64,000 nt of DNA from an uncultured Paludibacter sp. (lineage in GTDB: Bacteria > Bacteroidota > Bacteroidia > Bacteroidales > Paludibacteraceae), in NCBI GenBank assembly GCA_964498765.1, contig CAZCIU010000006.1:8110-72109 (forward strand). Direction: 5' to 3'. Below, piece by piece: positions 57,455-64,000 of the stretch (position 1 is its first letter; the number at the start of each line of letters is the position of its first letter). The notes under the pieces are model-generated. The model did no database searches and was not told the origin of the DNA. It was given only the letters and a program-made list of their open reading frames with translations. The position numbers and the translations under genes were made by a program.

Positions 57455-59548
57455 TTACATTTTTATCAATCGCTGATTGAATTCGCCTGATTTAAGCAGG
57501 TAAATTCCATTGGGCAAATGCTTGATTTGAATGTTTTTATCAGTTGTTTTTATCAATAAATTTCCTGTTATAGAATAAATTTCTACAGGAATATTTGTTT
57601 CGCCATTAATTGTAATATATGAACTTGCCGGATTTGGAAAAACCGATAATTTTTGCTCATTTGTCAATTTTACAGACGTTGTAATATCAATCGTTTGTGT
57701 CGCTGTTGCGCTGTTATATCTTTCATCACCATCTTGTAATGCCTTGATGGTGCAAGTTCCAACGGATTTTATATGCAAAACTCCATCAACTACTTCAGCT
57801 ACATTTGTGTCGGATGAAGTGAAGCGAACCGGAAGTTCAGATGTTGAAACTGCTTTCAGTTCAACGGTTTTATTTACCGCCAATGCCGACTGTGCAATTG
57901 GCTCAAAACTAATGGTTTGATCCGCTTTTTCAATGGTCAAATGATGATAACGTGTTACTGCAGCTCCAAATTCTTCGTTTCCATTTTGCGTAGCAGTGAT
58001 TTCCACATATCCGGCTTTCTGCATTTGTACTTGATTACCTACAATATCTGCCACTGTTGGATCGGATGAAGTCAAAGTTACATCCAAATTTCTGTCCGAA
58101 ACAGCTTGTGGATTATACAGCGTAGGGCTGTATTTTACTGTTGCCTCTTCCGGAAGAGAAATTTCTTGTCCAAAAATACGTAAATCCCAGATGGAATAGC
58201 ACCAAATAGCAGTTCCTACCTGCGTTCCCACTGTGCATTTCAGTCTTAAATATCTTGCATTTGCATCAAGCTCTTTTACTACTTGTATTGCGTGATTGCT
58301 CACAACTTGCAAGGTCTGATCGCTGAAACTTTTGATGGTTTCCCAATTTTCATTATCGTTAGAAACTTGAATTTCAAACGATTTTGCATAACTGTCTTCC
58401 CAGTCAATATGAATGCTCGAAATTGCAGTTTCTTTTCCTAAATCTACGGTCAAATATCCCGGATTAATCGGTTTTCCAGACCAACGTGTGGTTGGATTTC
58501 CATCCGTAGCAAAACTTGCCGGATTATGATCTGCAACTTCCAATTCTGTTGATGTAGTTTCTTTATTACGAGCCAAGTTGTTTCTGTATTCAGATTGACC
58601 TCTTTTGATAGTATTCAGCAAAGAATATTTACCTCTTATGTCGCAGCCAATATGCCAAATCATCACGCCACCGCACTCATTCTCACTGAGTAAAGTCTTT
58701 GTCAAAATAGTTGGAATACTATTATAATATTTTTGTCCTACATTGTCCAGATAAGCGTAACTTTCATTCAGTTTTACCATCTGTGCAAATGTAAAATCTC
58801 TATACGAATTCAATGGAACTTCGTCAAAATCCCAACCGTAAAATGGCAATCCAAGAATGATTTTTTCTTTAGGAATTCCTTTAGAATTTGCCCAATAATT
58901 AATTCCATCAACTGCTAGTTTTATTGAAGAATGCTGTCCGGGTCTGTTCAAATTCCAGTTTCCGGTAGCATCATAAGTCATTATGTTGATAAAATCAAAC
59001 TTGCTCAGCACATCCGAAGTCATTGCTGCAAAACTGTAAGTTCCGGGTAATGCCGTTGTAAGCAAAAGGCCGTTTTCTTTCAGTTTTTGAGAAAGTTTGC
59101 TCACGTAAGGTGCATAATTCGCTCCTAATTTTGCAAAAAATCCATCGTGCTCGATATCAAGGTCAATGCCATCATAACCATATTCCAGTAGCAATGCAAT
59201 TGTTTTGTCAATAAAGTTATCGACATTCGCTGGCTGCATATATTTTGCCCAAATATCCTGAATTTCAGCGGTAGCACCGCCACCTGCTACAGAAAGCAAA
59301 ACTTTCACTCCTTGCTTCTTTATTTCTGCGATGGGCGTTTTAAGTGCTTCGTGGTTATATGTTACCATATTTCCTGCAGCATCCGGATTGGCAAAGGCGA
59401 TGTTCAAATGCGTTAATTTGCTTATATCGTTGTTTGCCAGATTATTCCAGGAATTATTTGCAAAATACCCAACTACCAGTTTTTCCTGCGCTTGTGTGAA
59501 GGCACAGAAACTAATAAACAGAAATAATGTGAATAAGATTTTTTTCAT
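57455..59548 (-). CDS. Secreted GH18 glycosidase (chitinase / endo-beta-N-acetylglucosaminidase type) with an F5/8 type C domain, two Big_2-like domains and a T9SS C-terminal domain
   Basis: 697 aa with a signal peptide. GH18 catalytic motif DxxDxDxE as DGIDLDIEH. Discoidin-like segment (ATDGNPTTRWSGK...YLTVDLG). Two SSD(P/T)(T/N)VA(D/E)(I/V)V Ig-like repeats. The C-terminus reads VFPNPASSYITI...NGIYLLK. Confidence 0.85.
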   Translation of the reverse strand: MKKILFTLFLFISFCAFTQAQEKLVVGYFANNSWNNLANNDISKLTHLNIAFANPDAAGNMVTYNHEALKTPIAEIKKQGVKVLLSVAGGGATAEIQDIWAKYMQPANVDNFIDKTIALLLEYGYDGIDLDIEHDGFFAKLGANYAPYVSKLSQKLKENGLLLTTALPGTYSFAAMTSDVLSKFDFINIMTYDATGNWNLNRPGQHSSIKLAVDGINYWANSKGIPKEKIILGLPFYGWDFDEVPLNSYRDFTFAQMVKLNESYAYLDNVGQKYYNSIPTILTKTLLSENECGGVMIWHIGCDIRGKYSLLNTIKRGQSEYRNNLARNKETTSTELEVADHNPASFATDGNPTTRWSGKPINPGYLTVDLGKETAISSIHIDWEDSYAKSFEIQVSNDNENWETIKSFSDQTLQVVSNHAIQVVKELDANARYLRLKCTVGTQVGTAIWCYSIWDLRIFGQEISLPEEATVKYSPTLYNPQAVSDRNLDVTLTSSDPTVADIVGNQVQMQKAGYVEITATQNGNEEFGAAVTRYHHLTIEKADQTISFEPIAQSALAVNKTVELKAVSTSELPVRFTSSDTNVAEVVDGVLHIKSVGTCTIKALQDGDERYNSATATQTIDITTSVKLTNEQKLSVFPNPASSYITINGETNIPVEIYSITGNLLIKTTDKNIQIKHLPNGIYLLKSGEFNQRLIKM

Positions 59549-59605
59549 AATATCGTAGTTTTTAGATTTTAAGGCAAATATTGGAAATTTATTTTCAGTA
59601 AAAAA

Positions 59606-60160
59606 TCAGACTATTCTCCGATTTCGTTCGATAAACTCATTTTTGATTTGTTTCAGTTGCCCGGAAATGCTGGCATCCCAGCGAACGCCTTCCACTTCCA
59701 ATTTGAAACCACCTAAAATCTCGGAATCTACTTCTTTTTCAAGTTCTAATGTGCCACCAACACTGTCGGTAATCAGCTTAATCAATCGTTTTTCAGTTTC
59801 TTCATTTACTTTGAATGCCGTAATCAACTTTCCATAACGGATGTTTTTCTGTTCACGGTATAAATCGATGAACTTTAGCATGATGTTTTGAACCTGCGCT
59901 TCACGTTTGTTTTTCAACAAAAGATCTGTAAATTCCTCAAACGTTTTGCCGGGTTTTCCTCCGGCAGCATTCAGGATTAATTTACGTTTCTCGGTTTCAG
60001 TCATCACCGGATTTTCAAGCACAAGGCGTAGTTCACTCATTTTTGAGAACATGAGCGTCAAAAGTTTGGCTTCACCATATACTTTTTCCACGGAATTTGT
60101 GTCTTTGGCAAATTCCATCAAAGCTGTGGCATATCGTACAGAAATAAGTCCGGTATTCAT
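59606..60160 (-). CDS. atpH: F1 ATP synthase delta subunit (OSCP)
   Basis: 184 aa. N-terminus ISVRYATAL and C-terminus GGF.L...G..WDASI.GQL. Confidence 0.9.
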   Translation of the reverse strand: MNTGLISVRYATALMEFAKDTNSVEKVYGEAKLLTLMFSKMSELRLVLENPVMTETEKRKLILNAAGGKPGKTFEEFTDLLLKNKREAQVQNIMLKFIDLYREQKNIRYGKLITAFKVNEETEKRLIKLITDSVGGTLELEKEVDSEILGGFKLEVEGVRWDASISGQLKQIKNEFIERNRRIV

Positions 60161-60247
60161 TTTTTATATATAAACAAAGTAAACGAGTTGAAAGCGAACG
60201 TTATCCGCACTCAATCAACAAGTTGGCTAACTATTGAATCAGCCTGA

Positions 60248-60748
60248 TTACGATTTTGGAATATTCATCTCGTCAAGCAGACGATCAATCATATTCATTT
60301 GCTCTTTTTCCTTATCCAGCGAACTGCGAAGCACTTTTTCAGCAATATCAACTGATAGCATAGCCACTTCACGTCTGATTTGACGGATGGCATCCTCTTT
60401 TTCCAGGTTGATTTGCTCGCGAGCGTTCTCAATTAGTTTGGCAGCTTCATCTCCTGCTTTTTCTTTGGCAGCATCCACTATCATATCTCGGGATTTTGCT
60501 GCTGCAGCTAATATATTGGCTTGTTCTAATTTCGCCTGCTCAAGCAGTTTTTCGCTTTCGGCCTTTACGTTAGCCAGCTGATCGCGAGCTTCTTTGGCAG
60601 CCAAAAGCGAATCATCGATGTACTTATTCCGCGATTCAACGCCTTTCAGGATTACCGGCCAAGCAAACTTAGCAAGCACAAAAAAGACGATCGCGAATGG
60701 AATAGTCATCCAAAAGATCAAACCAATGTCAGGCGTGAATAATTCCAT
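60248..60748 (-). CDS. atpF: F0 ATP synthase b subunit
   Basis: 166 aa. A single N-terminal TM helix followed by a long charged helix. Confidence 0.9.
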   Translation of the reverse strand: MELFTPDIGLIFWMTIPFAIVFFVLAKFAWPVILKGVESRNKYIDDSLLAAKEARDQLANVKAESEKLLEQAKLEQANILAAAAKSRDMIVDAAKEKAGDEAAKLIENAREQINLEKEDAIRQIRREVAMLSVDIAEKVLRSSLDKEKEQMNMIDRLLDEMNIPKS

Positions 60749-60749
60749 A

Positions 60750-61007
60750 TTATTTTATAAAAATGGCTAAAGCACAAACAATAACTGCAAGGAAAGCAAC
60801 CCCCTCGATAAGTGCAGCAATAACGATCATATTTGAACGAATATCACCAGCAGCTTCAGGCTGACGAGCAATTGCATCCATAGCTTGACCACCAATTCTA
60901 CCGATGCCAAGACCGGCTCCAATTACTGCGATACTTGCGCCTAATGCAGCACCGAAATTTGCTAAACCGGCAGAAGCGGCAACTTGTAATAAAATGCTTA
61001 GTAACAT
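60750..61007 (-). CDS. atpE: F0 ATP synthase c subunit
   Basis: 85 aa. Two-TM hairpin with loop motif ARQPE and a conserved carboxylate (E) in helix 2 (AALIEGVAF). Confidence 0.95.
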   Translation of the reverse strand: MLLSILLQVAASAGLANFGAALGASIAVIGAGLGIGRIGGQAMDAIARQPEAAGDIRSNMIVIAALIEGVAFLAVIVCALAIFIK

Positions 61008-61076
61008 AAATTCTTTCTTTTAATTGTTTATAAAATTGTTGTTTTAATAATTTCTTTTTAATGTCCCGATGCTCAA

Positions 61077-62153
61077 TTAATGAGCTTTGTGAGCGTGATG
61101 CTCCGGTCTGGCCATTCCAATGAAAATGGCTGATAATATGGTAAATACGAATGCCTGGATGAATGCCACAAGCACTTCGAGGAAAAACATAAAAATAGCA
61201 AATGCCACTGACACAAACGAAACTCCAAGTGCGGCTCCAGATCCCATAATGTTATAGAAAATGAAAATCAAGCCCATAAGCACGAGGATAATCATGTGTC
61301 CGGCCAAAATGTTTGCAAAAAGACGAATGGTCAATGCAAAAGGCTTGGTCAGCATTCCGATAAATTCTATAAATTGCATCAACGGGAAAACAGGTGTTTT
61401 AAGAAAAACGGGAACGTCCGGCCAGAAAATCTCTTTCCAGTACTCTTTATTTCCAAAAATATTTGTAATTAAGAATGTGAATAATGCCAATACGAGCGTT
61501 ACAGCAATGTTTCCTGTCACGTTGGCACCTCCAGGGAAAAATGGAATTAATCCGAAAAGATTATTGAAGAAAATAAAGTAGAAAACAGTCAGCAGATAAG
61601 GTGCAAACTTTTGATGACCATTCGGAATACTTGGTTTTATTACGTCGTCATAAATAAACATTGTCAGCTGCTCGATAGCTCCACCGGTTCCTTTCATGGA
61701 ACGCAACGAATCTTTCTTGTACTTACCGGCAATGCTTAAGAAAATGAAGATAATAAGTAAACTTGCAATCAGAATAGATGCAGCGTTTTTTGTCAGTGAA
61801 ATATCAAAAGGACGAACTTCTTCTCCGGCAGAATTTTTCTTTACTACTTTTCCTTTGAATTTTTCATCTTTGGAATAGTAAAAACCCTTGTGTTCGTGTC
61901 CGTGAGCCAGTTTTTGGGTGGAAAAAGAATGCCAGCCACGCTCATCTTTCACGATGATAAGCAACGGAATGGATACGTGTTTTTCACCGAGTGTAACGAT
62001 ATGCCAATCATAAGAATCCAGGACGTGAGAAAAAATCATCTCTTTGATGTCAAATGATTTTTTTTCTGGCTCTTCTGCACGTAATGTTCCTGCGCCCAGC
62101 GTAAAAACCAGTAGCAAAACAAGCACAAAATGTGGTTTAATCTTAAACGGCAT
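61077..62153 (-). CDS. atpB: F0 ATP synthase a subunit
   Basis: 358 aa. Conserved segment LTIRLFANILAGH. Long N-terminal extension with a signal-like helix. Confidence 0.9.
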   Translation of the reverse strand: MPFKIKPHFVLVLLLVFTLGAGTLRAEEPEKKSFDIKEMIFSHVLDSYDWHIVTLGEKHVSIPLLIIVKDERGWHSFSTQKLAHGHEHKGFYYSKDEKFKGKVVKKNSAGEEVRPFDISLTKNAASILIASLLIIFIFLSIAGKYKKDSLRSMKGTGGAIEQLTMFIYDDVIKPSIPNGHQKFAPYLLTVFYFIFFNNLFGLIPFFPGGANVTGNIAVTLVLALFTFLITNIFGNKEYWKEIFWPDVPVFLKTPVFPLMQFIEFIGMLTKPFALTIRLFANILAGHMIILVLMGLIFIFYNIMGSGAALGVSFVSVAFAIFMFFLEVLVAFIQAFVFTILSAIFIGMARPEHHAHKAH

Positions 62154-62172
62154 AAATCTATTTCAATCTTAA

Positions 62173-62556
62173 TTAATAATCTTTCTTATTCAGCATCAGC
62201 ATTATTTGTGTTTCAAAAAATGAAAACTCCAATGCAAAAACGACATACAATACTGCCAGTGGTATGATATGCTCTCTATCAATGAGAATATTTATAATCA
62301 ATGCTACGGCAATTAAACTGATAAAAAACACTCGAATTCCTAAAATACTTCCAATGGATAAATCTTTTTTATCAGCAGTGTATTTCTTTGTAATCAAGCC
62401 AAGTACAAGTGTCAACAGCAGAAAAAACAGTGGTAAAATCCAGAAATTCACCGGAAAATACTTCATGTCAGTCATCACAAAAAACAAATAAGCTATCAGT
62501 GTCATCGCCACAAAGCTTCCTGCCATGATCCAAATCCAGCGCATCGCTTTATTCAT
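62173..62556 (-). CDS. Small four-TM membrane protein in the AtpI/AtpZ position
   Basis: 127 aa, very hydrophobic. The ATG overlaps the atpC stop codon by 8 nt. The gene lies between atpC and atpB. Confidence 0.55.
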   Translation of the reverse strand: MNKAMRWIWIMAGSFVAMTLIAYLFFVMTDMKYFPVNFWILPLFFLLLTLVLGLITKKYTADKKDLSIGSILGIRVFFISLIAVALIINILIDREHIIPLAVLYVVFALEFSFFETQIMLMLNKKDY

Positions 62557-62794
62557 CGTCCAATTCTATTGCAATGGATACATTATTGTCGCTCACTTCC
62601 ACAAATCCGCCTCCTGAATTGACGTTAATGTCATTTCCATCCACTCGATAAGTAATAATTCCTTTTTCCAGACTTGAAATTATCGGAGCGTGGTGTTCAA
62701 GAATAGTAAAACGCCCTTTCGTTCCGGGGACAGTAACTAAACTTACTTCGCCCGAAAAAACAATCTGTTCCGGTGTTACAATTTCAAGTTTCAT
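62549..62794 (-). CDS. atpC: F1 ATP synthase epsilon subunit (short form)
   Basis: 81 aa. MKLEIVTPEQIVFSGEVSLVTVPGTKGRFTILEHHAP is present. It has the beta-sandwich domain only. Confidence 0.9.
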   Translation of the reverse strand: MKLEIVTPEQIVFSGEVSLVTVPGTKGRFTILEHHAPIISSLEKGIITYRVDGNDINVNSGGGFVEVSDNNVSIAIELDDE

Positions 62795-62849
62795 CTTTTG
62801 TAATTAATCCAATCTGTATTTTTGGTTTATTATTTCTGAGTATAGAAAT

Positions 62850-64000
<1,151 letters not shown>

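Overview
AT-rich chromosomal segment that reads as a Bacteroidota genome: it has a SusC/SusD pair, PorU-PorV, three T9SS C-terminal sorting domains, many lipoprotein signal peptides and an atpDC-atpBEFHAG layout. About 50 protein genes are supportable. I found no rRNA, tRNA, CRISPR array, transposase, integrase or recognisable defence or toxin-antitoxin genes. Order of content:
- 1-700: intergenic repeats.
- 701-8714: envelope/proteolysis neighbourhood (S9 peptidase, ECF sigma with a TM/beta-barrel partner, lipoprotein serpin, LVIVD lipoprotein, DUF4923-like lipoprotein).
- 8804-13392: glycogen cluster (GH57, GT4, debranching-enzyme-like).
- 13710-29125: housekeeping genes (rhomboid, clpB, rex, FAH, porU-porV, ispF, peroxiredoxin, ZIP, YifB).
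- 29192-39942: a Sus-like polysaccharide utilisation locus built around a GH30 enzyme, with a TPR-TM-HTH regulator.
- 40266-41753: catalase.
- 42071-49897: glutamate mutase/methylaspartate ammonia-lyase operon.
- 50164-54612: acyltransferase, MFS transporter, cyclophilin and a Wzz-like protein.
- 54856-64000: F-type ATP synthase cluster, with atpD cut by the window edge.
Best leads:
1. The glutamate-fermentation operon continues into a split AtuA-like pair (DUF1446-like plus DUF4387-like) and an orphan Walker-A protein. Neither a mesaconase nor a citramalate lyase gene is encoded in this operon.
2. A GxxExxY gene bracketed by 16-bp inverted repeats is inserted inside that operon.
3. A secreted GH18/F5-8C/Big2/T9SS-CTD gene is wedged between atpH and atpA.
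4. The PUL is paired with an uncharacterised transmembrane TPR-HTH regulator rather than an HTCS, SusR or ECF/anti-sigma regulator.
5. Short-period degenerate tandem repeats fill many intergenic and intercistronic spacers, including a shared GTCT-periodic leader type.
All family assignments come from reading motifs by eye. None has been checked with an HMM or BLAST search.
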